A stretch of DNA of 64,000 bases from an uncultured Candidatus Saccharibacteria bacterium (GCA_964348885.1 CAYGEK010000001.1:10255-74254), one strand, 5' to 3'; positions 16,542 through 27,733 are shown, numbered from the stretch's first letter. A program made the numbers and translations. Notes: generated by a model not told the origin, from the sequence alone.

Positions 16542-17705
16542 CTATAAATCACTTAAAAGTCTGCGTGTTTCTTCCTTGTAACGATCCACGCCCGGATTAT
16601 CAAACGGATTAACTCCCATCAGCTTACCGAGATACATCATCTCCATCATCTTTACTTGAAGCAAAGCGCCGAGAGTTTCCTCGGATATGTCCGTGAGCTC
16701 CATGCTCATGAAGGGCAGGTTCTGCTCCCGGTAGGTAGTTTTCACCGCCGTCAGAATAGCCGCCATTATTCCGCCGAAGGTCTTTCCGGTAATATGCGGT
16801 ACGAGCTGGTCGATATTCTCCTTGGATCGCACGACGAAATCGCGGCCGTGGTCAGCCACGGAAACAAACGTGGTGAACTTATCCTTCGGCCCGTCCAGAT
16901 AAAGCTGGGCGACCGAATGCAGATCGGTTGTGCCGACGGAAACGGTCGGAGTGATTCCTTTGCCCATCTTGCCCACGCTCTCGCCAGTCAGTTGGCGGTA
17001 CCACTTCCCCACTCCTTCCAGATCCGGTTCAAAGAAAAACGAATCGTGAATCAGCTTCCCGTCTTTCCAATTCTTCCAGATAGCGAGCGCCGATTGAGCC
17101 GCCGGGTTTTGAGAGACATCGTACGAAAGGCAGGCTGCCGTAATCTCCTTCGCTCCCTTTAGTAAAAGATCTGTTTTAACGCCGGCCAACGCCAGCGGGA
17201 CAAGGCCGACCGGAGTAAATACGGAATAACGACCTCCGATTTCTTTCGGCGTAGCAATCGCGTCAAAGCCGTTGGCCTCCGCCCATTTCCACAATTTTGA
17301 TCCGCCGTCGGTAATGACGATTACCTGATCATCTTTTTTCCTGTTGGCCAACAAAACCGCGGCGTTCGCGGCAGTTTCGGTGGTAGTGCCGGACTTCGAG
17401 ACAATCAGGATGGTCGCGGGGTGGTCTATTTTATCCAAAATTCTTTCCAAGCGCCGGGCGTCCAACGTCTCCGCGAAATAAATCTTTTTCTTCGGACGCA
17501 AGGCCTGATAAATCGCCAGAGCGCCCAAATTGGAGCCGCCCACGCCAACAACAACAATACTCCCCTTGTTCTTTTTCTTGGGTAAAACTACCGGGGCATC
17601 AAAGGAACGGACGAACGGCGCCGGATTTTCCCGCTGGCGCTTAATAAAGTCAATCAGCTCTTGAGGGGCCTGTGTGGATGAACCGAAATCAAATCGTAAT
17701 CCCAT
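16542..17705 (-). CDS. pgi: Glucose-6-phosphate isomerase (short SIS-domain type)
   Basis: 387 aa; SIS motifs (VSKSGTTTE, GGRYS). Confidence 0.8.
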   Translation of the reverse strand: MGLRFDFGSSTQAPQELIDFIKRQRENPAPFVRSFDAPVVLPKKKNKGSIVVVGVGGSNLGALAIYQALRPKKKIYFAETLDARRLERILDKIDHPATILIVSKSGTTTETAANAAVLLANRKKDDQVIVITDGGSKLWKWAEANGFDAIATPKEIGGRYSVFTPVGLVPLALAGVKTDLLLKGAKEITAACLSYDVSQNPAAQSALAIWKNWKDGKLIHDSFFFEPDLEGVGKWYRQLTGESVGKMGKGITPTVSVGTTDLHSVAQLYLDGPKDKFTTFVSVADHGRDFVVRSKENIDQLVPHITGKTFGGIMAAILTAVKTTYREQNLPFMSMELTDISEETLGALLQVKMMEMMYLGKLMGVNPFDNPGVDRYKEETRRLLSDL

Positions 17706-17725
17706 TATGTTATTATTGTATCATG

Positions 17726-18460
17726 CCTATAAAAAAGCCTAAGAAAACCCCTCAGCAGATTTCAAAAGAAAAATTACTCGTCCCCTCCAAGGATCTACCG
17801 GTTGCTCCGCACCCTCACGATTGGCGACACTCATTTCATTGGCGCGTTTTCCGAATTATGGCGGAGTTCGTGGACGGTTTTCAATTTCTGGCCGATATCA
17901 AGCGTAGCGTAACCTTCTTCGGCTCGGCGCGCTTCCCGGAGACGAACAAGTGGTACAAAGCCGCCCAGGATTTGGGCGCTCTGCTGGCGAAATACGGCTA
18001 CAGCGTCATCACCGGAGGTGGCCCTGGAATCATGGAAGGCGGTAACCGAGGCGCCACAGAAGGCGGCGGCGAATCTATCGGCATCAACATTCAATTGCCG
18101 TTTGAACAACGTATTAACCCTTATGTTAAAAAGGGCCGCGGCTTCTATTATTTCTTCACTAGAAAAGTAATGTTGTCCTTCGCCTCCCAGGCCTATGTTT
18201 ATTTTCCCGGAGGCTACGGCACCTTGGACGAGCTATTTGAAATTCTTACACTGGTTCAAACTAAAAAGATTCACGATAAAATCCCGATTATTCTTTACGG
18301 AAAAGAATTCTGGGGCGACCTGGATAACTGGATGCGAGCAAAACTTCTCGGCGAGCATGAAACGATAGATAAAGCCGATCTGAATCTATACCATATTGTG
18401 GACAGTCCAGAGGAGGCCTACGAGATTATCGGAAAATCTACTCCGCGCGAAGAGTTCTAA
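17726..18460 (+). CDS. LOG-family (TIGR00730) Rossmann-fold nucleotide-binding protein
   Basis: GGGPGIMEG and PGGYGTLDE motifs. Start moved downstream of the overlap with pgi. Confidence 0.8.
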   Translation, partial: PIKKPKKTPQQISKEKLLVPSKDLPVAPHPHDWRHSFHWRVFRIMAEFVDGFQFLADIKRSVTFFGSARFPETNKWYKAAQDLGALLAKYGYSVITGGGPGIMEGGNRGATEGGGESIGINIQLPFEQRINPYVKKGRGFYYFFTRKVMLSFASQAYVYFPGGYGTLDELFEILTLVQTKKIHDKIPIILYGKEFWGDLDNWMRAKLLGEHETIDKADLNLYHIVDSPEEAYEIIGKSTPREEF

Positions 18461-18496
18461 AATAAAAATCCGCACCCCTGGGTGCGGATTTGGTTT

Positions 18497-19066
18497 TTAT
18501 GCTCTGATTGCTTTCAAAAGCTTTGAAACCAGCTTTTTCGGGAATCCCTGCACGCTGTCCATCTCGCCCTCCATCTTCTCGATGTAGGGAGAGATTAGCG
18601 GACTTTCGCAGGTAAAACCGCCGGCGCATTGCATCACGTCGCCTTCATCGACCAGCGCGTCAATGACGTGGGCTGGCAACGGCTTGAAGAACACTTTGGC
18701 AATCGCCACGTCCGCCAGCAGATAGCGGCGAATGGAGTTATAAACAACAATCGCGCTGTAAGTGACGGAGGGATGCAGATGAGCGGACTCAAGGAACTGG
18801 TGCGCCTCGGCGAAATTGACCGGCTTGTGCCGGAACTTGCCGTTGACGGTGACAATCTGATCGGCCGTCAGCAGAATATACGGCCCGCCAAAACGCTCTT
18901 GGAGCTTTTTGCTTTTGGCTATCGCCCGAAGCATCGCCAGCACATCGGGCCGATTATCCAGGATTTCCCCCTCATCAATGTTGGCGGCGACAGCTTCAAA
19001 ACTGTAGCCCATGTCGGCAAACAACTGACGCCGCCACTTTGATTCCGAACCGAGAATCAACCTCAT
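18497..19066 (-). CDS. maf: Maf-like nucleoside triphosphate pyrophosphatase
   Basis: 189 aa; N-terminal LILGSESKWRRQL and conserved Maf core. Confidence 0.75.
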   Translation of the reverse strand: MRLILGSESKWRRQLFADMGYSFEAVAANIDEGEILDNRPDVLAMLRAIAKSKKLQERFGGPYILLTADQIVTVNGKFRHKPVNFAEAHQFLESAHLHPSVTYSAIVVYNSIRRYLLADVAIAKVFFKPLPAHVIDALVDEGDVMQCAGGFTCESPLISPYIEKMEGEMDSVQGFPKKLVSKLLKAIRA

Positions 19067-19138
19067 TCGCTTCTCCTATGAAGGTACGGGAAGAAAATAA
19101 CATAAAAGGCCCCGCGTGTCACGCGGGGCCGTATTTTT

Positions 19139-20245
19139 TTACTTCTTTTCTTCCCTGGTCGCCGAGCCGTAACCGGCCGACTCCTTATATCGCTTATCGG
19201 CAGTCTCGCCGCCAATCGCCCGATCCAGCTCCTGCCAGATCTTGGCGCCGCTCATCGCCTGCGCGTCGCCAACCGGATGATTCCGTTGACGATCGTGCAG
19301 ATTCCAAAGGGCCGCCGCGCCGACACGGGCCATTTCGTCAAAACCGTTCCAGACCGCCTCCATCGCGATGCGCGACTGCAAGGTCGTGTGCCAGATCAGT
19401 CTGAAGCCATTCCCCTTATCGTAAAGATCGTCATAGGTCGGCGGCTCTTTCTTGAACTTGGCCCGATAAGCCACCGTCCAATCCTTATTCGGAGAATAGT
19501 TGATACCAAGAATCATTTTCGGATCGTGACGGCGCATTTCCGAAACCCAGCGCTCGATCACGGCCGGATCCTGCATCGCGTCCGCCCAAAGCACCAGCGG
19601 ACGCAGGCCGTGATACTCAACATCCATGTAGCGCTTGCCGCGCTCAATGGCGTTTTCCAATCCCCCGTTCGCCGCCGTCAAAGCATCGGTGCGAACCATC
19701 AGCCGCATGGAAGTCCCGAGGGCTTCCGAAGCCATCAGCCAGCAACGAATCTTCGCTTCCATATCCTCGATGTCCACGCAGGACTTGCCGCCCAGATTGC
19801 CGCACCGGCGGGTCGCCTGATCCTCCAGATGAGCCAGGCCGACACCCATCTCATGATAGGCCCGGACCGTCTCACTGATCACGACCGGCTCAAGCGCAAA
19901 CCCCGTCTCGGCATCCACGATAGTCGGAAGCGGAAAAGCTTCGGCTACCGCGTGTCGCGCGAGCATGGTCATGCGCGTCAGATCATGGAAAGCCATGTCC
20001 GGTCGCCGCCAGGCCATCGCGCTGATGGACCAGCCGCCGATATAAACGGCGTTAAAGGCGCAGGGATTCTGGCTGTTAGCCGTCCGCTGGCGGTAGATTT
20101 CTTTGGCGATATAAGCGCCCATAGCGTCATAAACGCCCGGCGCGATAATCAAACCCTCGTCATTCAGCGTCTTGACGAACGCGTCACCCGGACGCTCATG
20201 CCGCCGAAAAATCTCCCGCATACCCGATTCGTTCTCCGGATTCAT
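19139..20245 (-). CDS. aceA: Isocitrate lyase family protein (ICL/PEP-mutase superfamily); signature reads RRCGN instead of KKCGH
   Basis: Aligns with ICL over AVYIGGW, IVDAETGF, HLEDQ...RRCGNLGGKS, VRTDAL. Own -10/RBS upstream. GC3 is roughly 65%, above background. Confidence 0.75.
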   Translation of the reverse strand: MNPENESGMREIFRRHERPGDAFVKTLNDEGLIIAPGVYDAMGAYIAKEIYRQRTANSQNPCAFNAVYIGGWSISAMAWRRPDMAFHDLTRMTMLARHAVAEAFPLPTIVDAETGFALEPVVISETVRAYHEMGVGLAHLEDQATRRCGNLGGKSCVDIEDMEAKIRCWLMASEALGTSMRLMVRTDALTAANGGLENAIERGKRYMDVEYHGLRPLVLWADAMQDPAVIERWVSEMRRHDPKMILGINYSPNKDWTVAYRAKFKKEPPTYDDLYDKGNGFRLIWHTTLQSRIAMEAVWNGFDEMARVGAAALWNLHDRQRNHPVGDAQAMSGAKIWQELDRAIGGETADKRYKESAGYGSATREEKK

Positions 20246-20341
20246 AAAAATCTCCCTAAAAGTTCTGACGCAATTATACGAATTCCCCGACGAAAAATCA
20301 AATAAAAAAACTACCCATGTTCGGGTAGTTTATTAATCGAT

Positions 20342-21970
20342 TTACTCCGCGTTTTCCGTTTCCTGGAGCAGAAGCTCCGAGTAGCCGGGAATGGTCAGAA
20401 ATTCCTCAAATTCTTCGGCGGTGATCATCTGCATGAACAACTCTTCCGCGTCTTCGTAATAGTCATCCAGAGCGGGGTCGTTGAAAGCCGCTTCTCTGAC
20501 GCGAGTCAGGTGTTTCGTAATCAGATCCAAGGTCACGGTGAAGCCATCGGCGGTCACCGCGCCATGTTTCAGCCACTGCCACAGCTGGGAGCGCGAAATC
20601 TCGGCGGTCGCCGCATCCTCCATCAGATTCTGCAGCGCCACGGCTCCGGTTCCCCGAAGCCAGTGCCACAGATAACGGATGCCGACCTCCAAATTCTTAC
20701 GGATTCCTTCCTGTGTGATCGTTCCCTGAATCGGCGCCAGCAGTGCCTCGGCTTTCGGAAAATCATCCGAGCGCGCATCCTCAATCTGATTCTTGCTCTT
20801 CATCCCGAGGTCAAAGATCTCTTTGGCCATCGGTACGAAGGCGGGATGCGCGACCCAGGTGCCGTCATGACCGGCTTTCACTTCCCTGGCCTTATCGGCT
20901 TTGAATTTCAGCTGGGCCTCGGTATTGGCCCGGATACTCTCCTTGTCGGTTCCTTTGATTGGAAGCTGAGCGGCCATTCCGCCCATCGCATGAGCGCCAT
21001 GCTTGTGACAGGTGCTGATCAGCAACTTCACATACTCGGCAAGGAACCCTTTGTCCATCGTCAGCTGTCCGCGATCCGGCAGGACAAAACGTTCATCATG
21101 CCGCAGCCGCTTGATGTAGCTGAAAATATAATCCCAGCGCCCGCAATTCAAGCCGGCGGAATATTCCCTCAGCTCGTACAAGATCTCTGACATCTGAAAA
21201 GCGGCAGGCAGAGTCTCGATCAAAGCCGTGGCCTTGATTTCTCCGGGTAGAAGGCCGAGCTTGTCGGAAGCGTACTTGAAGACTTCAGTCCAAAGACGCG
21301 CTTCTTCTCGGCTTTCCATCTTGGGCAAATAGAAATACGGACCATCTCTGCGCTTACGAAGCTCCATCGCGTTGTGAAAAATGTAGAGGCCGAAGTCGAA
21401 CAGACTGGCCGAAACGGCTTCACCGCTCACCGCCAGATGATTTTCCTCCAGATGCCAGCCGCGGGGCCGGAAAAAGAGGACGGCCGTCTGCGCGTTCAGG
21501 GCGTAGGTCTTCTTTTTTTCCTCGTCGGTATAAAGCAGATCCTTACGAATCGCCTGATAAAGATTGATCTGGCCGCTGACGATGTTTCTCCAGGTCGGAG
21601 ATTCGGAATCTTCGGCATCGGCCATGAAGACATTGGCACCTGAATTCATCGCGTTGATGACCATCTTCGCGCTGCTCGCCGGACCAGTGATCTCCACGCG
21701 CCGATCCAGAAGATGATCCGGCACCGGCCAGATCTTCCAGTTGCTACTGCGAATCTCTTTTGCGTCGGGCAGAAAGTCCGGCAGAATGCCGGCGCGGATT
21801 TTCTGCTGAGCGAGTTTTCGCGCCTCCAACACCTCCATGCGCTTCCGATTGAAGCGGCTATGAAGATCGGCGACAAAGCTGACAGCTTCGGGAGTCAGAA
21901 TGACATCCGCCGCCTCATCCAGGCCGTGCTCATTGAGCAGTTTCCGACCGAGCAGATGGATATACTGCAT
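20342..21970 (-). CDS. aceB: Malate synthase A
   Basis: 542 aa; overall match to the malate synthase A family; GGAGG RBS; terminator hairpin immediately 3'. Confidence 0.9.
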   Translation of the reverse strand: MQYIHLLGRKLLNEHGLDEAADVILTPEAVSFVADLHSRFNRKRMEVLEARKLAQQKIRAGILPDFLPDAKEIRSSNWKIWPVPDHLLDRRVEITGPASSAKMVINAMNSGANVFMADAEDSESPTWRNIVSGQINLYQAIRKDLLYTDEEKKKTYALNAQTAVLFFRPRGWHLEENHLAVSGEAVSASLFDFGLYIFHNAMELRKRRDGPYFYLPKMESREEARLWTEVFKYASDKLGLLPGEIKATALIETLPAAFQMSEILYELREYSAGLNCGRWDYIFSYIKRLRHDERFVLPDRGQLTMDKGFLAEYVKLLISTCHKHGAHAMGGMAAQLPIKGTDKESIRANTEAQLKFKADKAREVKAGHDGTWVAHPAFVPMAKEIFDLGMKSKNQIEDARSDDFPKAEALLAPIQGTITQEGIRKNLEVGIRYLWHWLRGTGAVALQNLMEDAATAEISRSQLWQWLKHGAVTADGFTVTLDLITKHLTRVREAAFNDPALDDYYEDAEELFMQMITAEEFEEFLTIPGYSELLLQETENAE

Positions 21971-22055
21971 AGATCCTCCTAAAACGAACTGGCCTTATTA
22001 TACCGATTTTTCCTAAAAAGACAAATAAAATACCCCATAAAGGGGTATTAAGTAC

Positions 22056-24317
22056 TTACATGGTCAGATCGCAGACACCGGCGACGCACGCGAGTTCGCG
22101 GGCGCCCTTGGTCTCGTCTTCCTTTTCATAGATCAGGATTCGGGAGAAATCCACCGGAGGCATTTCGGCCACCATCTTTTCGTACTGCTCTTTGGTAATC
22201 TCCTCGTAAGGCGGGAGTTCGTACACGTGCTCATCTTCCTCTAGGGGCATAAAAGACAAGCCGCCGATCACATCCCAGTTCTTATGAACCCAGGCGACAA
22301 CCTCTATCCATTCATTCTTGCCAACAGAGATCGTTGCCGAAGGATTGTGCTCGGTGTAGTTCTCTTTGAGCATCTTCCAATATTCCAGCTGATCGATCGC
22401 CAGCATGTCGTTCCGGAATTTAGAATCGGACGGGCCTTTCACCGGAAAGGACAGGACAAAATTCGTGGCCTTTTCCTCAGGCAAGCCGCCGTCAGGCAAC
22501 ATTGGGACCTTCTGATCCTTCAACATCTTGAACATGGAATCAGTGGCGGCGATGCGCACGCGACGGATATAGTATTCCGCATGCCGCGTATGAAGGCCGG
22601 AAGCGGAATCCACAAGTTGGGAAACGGTGCCGGACGGCTTCACGCAGGTGATCGCCGTAGATTCGTTGATGCCAAATCGCTCGGCATAGGTCTTGTTAAC
22701 CCGAATCGCCCGATCCCTCATCTTCCTCAGCGTCTCCGCTTTTCTCACCGCCGGGCAGTCCCACTGACCGGTGATGGAAACGCCCAACAGGCGCTCCTCC
22801 TCGCAATTCTTCCGCCATTCCTTGGAGAGATAGGGGAAATTTGTAAGGGTAGCCTGGTAAGTGCCGATGATGGTCGCGACGCGGACCTTCCGAAGAAGCG
22901 AAGCCTCGTCGTCATCCGATCGCGCGACCACCTCGGTCAGATTGCAGAACTGCTTGGATTTCAGCACGATCTCACCGCACGGATTGGTGCCGCAGAACTC
23001 CAGGTCGCGGGAAAGAATTTCCCGCCGGCGTTCCGGAACCTGAGCCAACAGGCTGGCGCGGTTAAAGATTCCGCGCTCGCCCGATCCGCTCTTCGCGAGC
23101 GAAATCCATTCGTCCAAAAACTCAATCGTCGTCGGCTTTTCCATATAAGCGACAGAGTTGTTCGCCATATGGCGCTGAGCGTGATCCTTGCTGAAGTCTC
23201 CGAACTTCGCCATCCGCATGCGATAGTCGTCCAGATCGGAAAGCGAGATCAGCGCGCTGCGCCGGACGCCTCCCATCTCCACGATCTCGCCGATCTTGCA
23301 GATTATGTCGTGAACATCAAGAGTGGTGAGTCGCCGACCCTGGCGCTTCAGAATCTTCTTTCTCGCGAATTTCATCAGATCCATCAGCGGCTTCGGGCCG
23401 GAACTTCTTCCACCCATCACCCGGAGACGCGCGCCGGCCGGACGAAGCTTGGAGTAGTCAAAATCAATATCTTCACCGGCGTACCAGGTTTCCAGGCCCT
23501 TCAGAAGCGCGTCTCCCCATCCTTCCTTACTGTCATGGACGGTGTGGGTTTTACGCTTATGACCGATCTGTCGCTTGATCATCGGCAACATGCCAACATT
23601 CTGCTCCTCAACCGAGAAGCCGACACCGGTGCCGCACATGGAAAGATACATGATCTCGGCGAAATCCTGGAGTTCCTTGGGAGCGATGAACGAGCAGTTA
23701 TAGGCGCAGACGTTAGTCTGCATAGCCGCCTTGCCCGCGCTCCACATGAGCCGCATTGACGGCATGACTTCAAGCTTCAGGATGGCATCATGAACCTCGT
23801 CGTACTCTTTCGGCAAAAGCTTTTTGCCGAGAGTGTAACGCATGAAATCCACATACCGCTGAACAGCCTCTATCCAAGTCTCGCGGCGCTTCTCTTCTTC
23901 AATCCAACGCGAGTAGCTTCTGTAAAAAACAAATTCGGACATCGGACCACGGAAATGCTTTTGACTTTCCTCAACGAGCTTTTTTACCCGTTCCGGAATA
24001 GCGTTCTCCTGCTCCCGTTTCTTTTCCCGGTCATACCGATAAAGAATGTAAGATTTCGCGGTTTTCATAAAGTCACTCAGGAGCAACGCTACCTGCACCG
24101 CGTCCTGAATTTCTTCAATGCCCGGATGGCTCTGTTTCTTATGCTTTTTGGAAATATTTTCCACGGCGGCTTCAGCCACAACTCTGGCTTTGGATTCATC
24201 ACCCTCGCCGACCGCCTGCATGGCCTTCCAGATCGCCTGAACAATCTTCTCCTGATCAAAATCAACCAAGGCGCCGTCACGCTTCTTCACTTTCGCGAAG
24301 ACCTGACTCTTGCTCAT
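22056..24317 (-). CDS. nrdJ: Class II (adenosylcobalamin-dependent) ribonucleotide reductase with N-terminal ATP-cone
   Basis: 753 aa; ATP-cone at the N-terminus, active-site NPCGEI and C-terminal CxxxxC pair (CVAGVC) as in monomeric RTPR-type enzymes; no glycyl-radical motif. Confidence 0.75.
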   Translation of the reverse strand: MSKSQVFAKVKKRDGALVDFDQEKIVQAIWKAMQAVGEGDESKARVVAEAAVENISKKHKKQSHPGIEEIQDAVQVALLLSDFMKTAKSYILYRYDREKKREQENAIPERVKKLVEESQKHFRGPMSEFVFYRSYSRWIEEEKRRETWIEAVQRYVDFMRYTLGKKLLPKEYDEVHDAILKLEVMPSMRLMWSAGKAAMQTNVCAYNCSFIAPKELQDFAEIMYLSMCGTGVGFSVEEQNVGMLPMIKRQIGHKRKTHTVHDSKEGWGDALLKGLETWYAGEDIDFDYSKLRPAGARLRVMGGRSSGPKPLMDLMKFARKKILKRQGRRLTTLDVHDIICKIGEIVEMGGVRRSALISLSDLDDYRMRMAKFGDFSKDHAQRHMANNSVAYMEKPTTIEFLDEWISLAKSGSGERGIFNRASLLAQVPERRREILSRDLEFCGTNPCGEIVLKSKQFCNLTEVVARSDDDEASLLRKVRVATIIGTYQATLTNFPYLSKEWRKNCEEERLLGVSITGQWDCPAVRKAETLRKMRDRAIRVNKTYAERFGINESTAITCVKPSGTVSQLVDSASGLHTRHAEYYIRRVRIAATDSMFKMLKDQKVPMLPDGGLPEEKATNFVLSFPVKGPSDSKFRNDMLAIDQLEYWKMLKENYTEHNPSATISVGKNEWIEVVAWVHKNWDVIGGLSFMPLEEDEHVYELPPYEEITKEQYEKMVAEMPPVDFSRILIYEKEDETKGARELACVAGVCDLTM

Positions 24318-24435
24318 TCACCCCTCCTTCTTTAGTTTCTAATCTGTCAAAGGACGGAAGTAAAGATATCAAATTTAAGACCCTTTGGCAAACAAAAACT
24401 GCCGCGTAAAAACGGGCAGCTTAAAAATTTTCTTC

Positions 24436-24813
24436 TTATGAATCCTGGTGACAATCACAACTGCATAGCGAAGCGGCATAAGCGGGATCGGAGCCGCTTT
24501 TCTTAAAAATTTTGTGAAAATCCTTACACTCCGAACAGCCCGGCACCGTACCCTTCCGCTGCTTTACCGGCGCGTCCGGCGGAGAGTCATTATGGCACTT
24601 ATCACAAGCGCAATTCTCTTCCTGGCACCGGTCCTGGTCTCGTTCCCTAAGAACTTTTTCGCCCAAATAGGCGATAACCGCAATCAGTACCGCGATGGAA
24701 AAAGTGACCGGCAAAAGCACGACTGCCATTACCGCCGCATAGATTGAGGCCATCACAAAGGCCAGCCAACAGACGCCCTTCCAGAAATTAGGCCCACAGC
24801 TCCTGCACTTCAT
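24436..24813 (-). CDS. Cys-rich membrane protein (C-terminal CSCDCHQD motif)
   Basis: 125 aa; one or two TM helices followed by a Cys-rich tail (CACDKCHND ... CSCDCHQDS); GAGG RBS. Confidence 0.5.
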   Translation of the reverse strand: MKCRSCGPNFWKGVCWLAFVMASIYAAVMAVVLLPVTFSIAVLIAVIAYLGEKVLRERDQDRCQEENCACDKCHNDSPPDAPVKQRKGTVPGCSECKDFHKIFKKSGSDPAYAASLCSCDCHQDS

Positions 24814-25033
24814 AGCGCCTCATTAAATAACTTTCTCAAGAGTACCTTGTTTGATTTTTAGGTACAAGTTTAATAAGATAACTCATATTGGCGCATTGAG
24901 AGCGCCGTAATGCCGCAGTAGCAAAGTGGGTCGAGGACGACAGTCCGAGACGGGCGGTCCAGCCTTATCATGGTCGCCACGGAAGAGGAGACGCGAACAG
25001 GGTTGGTTGAAAATTGCAGAGTGTAAGTTATAT

Positions 25034-25105
25034 GCCGCGGTAGCTCAGTGGTAGAGCAGACGCCTGAAGAGCGTCGTGTCGGGGGTTCAATTCCCTCCCG
25101 CGGCA
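25034..25105 (+). tRNA. tRNA-Phe (anticodon GAA)
   Basis: Manually folded cloverleaf: acceptor GCCGCGG/CCGCGGC, D-arm GCTCAGTGGTAGAGC, anticodon stem GACGC/GCGTC with loop CTGAAGA, T-arm GGGGG-TTCAATT-CCCTC, discriminator A. A TTGAAA-N16-TATATG promoter sits directly upstream. Confidence 0.85.
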
Positions 25106-25319
25106 CAAAGAAAAAATAAGCCTTATGGCCTATTTTTTTATGACTGGAATTGAAGACCGCAGCGAAGTAAATCAGCAGATTTATGAGCGATGGGCGGGCT
25201 GCGAGCCGGCCTCGGCAGAGGCCGGACTTGTAGCCAATTCCCTCCCGCGGCACAAAGAAAAAATAGACCATTTGGTCTATTTTTTTATTTTGGGAATTGA
25301 AGACCGCAGTAAAATAAAA
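25089..25319 (+). repeat. Direct repeat of the tRNA-Phe 3' end plus terminator-like hairpin (unit 1 at 25089..25170, unit 2 at 25236..25319; period 147 bp)
   Basis: The 30-mer aattccctcccgcggcacaaagaaaaaata occurs at 25089..25118 and 25236..25265. Each copy is followed by a different but equivalent hairpin (aggccttatggcct / agaccatttggtct) and then (tt)ggaattgaagaccgcag. Confidence 0.8.
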
Positions 25320-25325
25320 ACAGCC

Positions 25326-25550
25326 CTAGCGGGCTGTTTGCTTTTTCTTCACATCTAGGCGAAGTAGGCTTCGGAGGCCGATGCCGATTGCCGCCAATAC
25401 TCCCAGAAAGAAGAGCCGAAAGAAAAAGGAGCCGGTCATTAAAATATCAAAGACGGCGCGAACCGTCCCGAAAGGGTTCTTCAGCACTACTGCCGATAAA
25501 CTGACTAATAGCAGTACGGCACATACCGAACCGGTAATCAGGTTTTCCAT
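25326..25550 (-). CDS. Small membrane protein (hypothetical)
   Basis: 74 aa, two TM helices, GAGG RBS, terminator at the 3' end. Confidence 0.4.
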   Translation of the reverse strand: MENLITGSVCAVLLLVSLSAVVLKNPFGTVRAVFDILMTGSFFFRLFFLGVLAAIGIGLRSLLRLDVKKKQTAR

Positions 25551-25684
25551 ACTGCCCTCTTAAAGTACTCCGCAAATCTACTCCCGGGGAATTTTTATTG
25601 CAAGAGCTTTTCAGCTGTATATTATTGACAGCATAAAGTTTTTTATATTAAAATACCGCTGGTACTTTTAGAGGTGGGGGCTGA

Positions 25685-25954
25685 ATGAACGCTTCAAGCC
25701 AGAAGTGGACCTGGCGATGTGGCGGATGCGGAGCGGAGCATGTAGAATTTGTCGGCACGGCGCCGGATTCCTGCTCCAAGTGCAAGCGTACGATAGTGGA
25801 TCTTGGCCAGCTGATTGAGATGGCGCAGGACACCGGTTTGGTGGTGCCGGCGCCACTGGAAACGCGCGGAATGCGTTTTAAGCGATGTCCCAACTGTGGC
25901 GGTAACTGCCTCCGAGAGGAACACAGTTGCTCCGACTGCGGCGCGGCGCTCTAA
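25685..25954 (+). CDS. Zinc-ribbon protein (four CxxC pairs), hypothetical
   Basis: 89 aa; CGGCG...CSKC...CPNCG...CSDCG; strong RBS GGTGGGGG; terminator after the stop. Confidence 0.55.
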   Translation: MNASSQKWTWRCGGCGAEHVEFVGTAPDSCSKCKRTIVDLGQLIEMAQDTGLVVPAPLETRGMRFKRCPNCGGNCLREEHSCSDCGAAL

Positions 25955-25980
25955 TAAAAAACCCCGATAAATCGGGGTTT

Positions 25981-27692
<1,712 letters not shown>

Positions 27693-27733
27693 ACTGACTT
27701 ATCCGGCAATTATAACAAAAAACCGCCCTAAAG

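Noticed and set aside
19277-21190. Long plus-strand ORFs 19277..20305 and 20510..21190
   Set aside because: They are antisense to the isocitrate lyase and malate synthase genes, which have strong family signatures; composition-driven open frames in GC-enriched genes.
22284-23759. 491-aa plus-strand ORF
   Set aside because: Antisense to the class II RNR gene; Arg/Leu-rich low-complexity translation typical of antisense frames.
24895-25000. SRP (4.5S) RNA or RNase P candidate upstream of tRNA-Phe
   Set aside because: No match to the conserved SRP domain IV (GGAA tetraloop with flanking AGCAGC/GGUCC) or RNase P P4 sequences by eye, and too short for RNase P. Kept only as an unassigned segment.
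24870-25271. 133-aa minus-strand ORF in the track
   Set aside because: It is antisense to tRNA-Phe and spans the tandem tRNA-3'-end repeats (repeated peptide YFFFVPREGI reflects the DNA repeat), with no RBS. An artefact of the RNA and repeat region.
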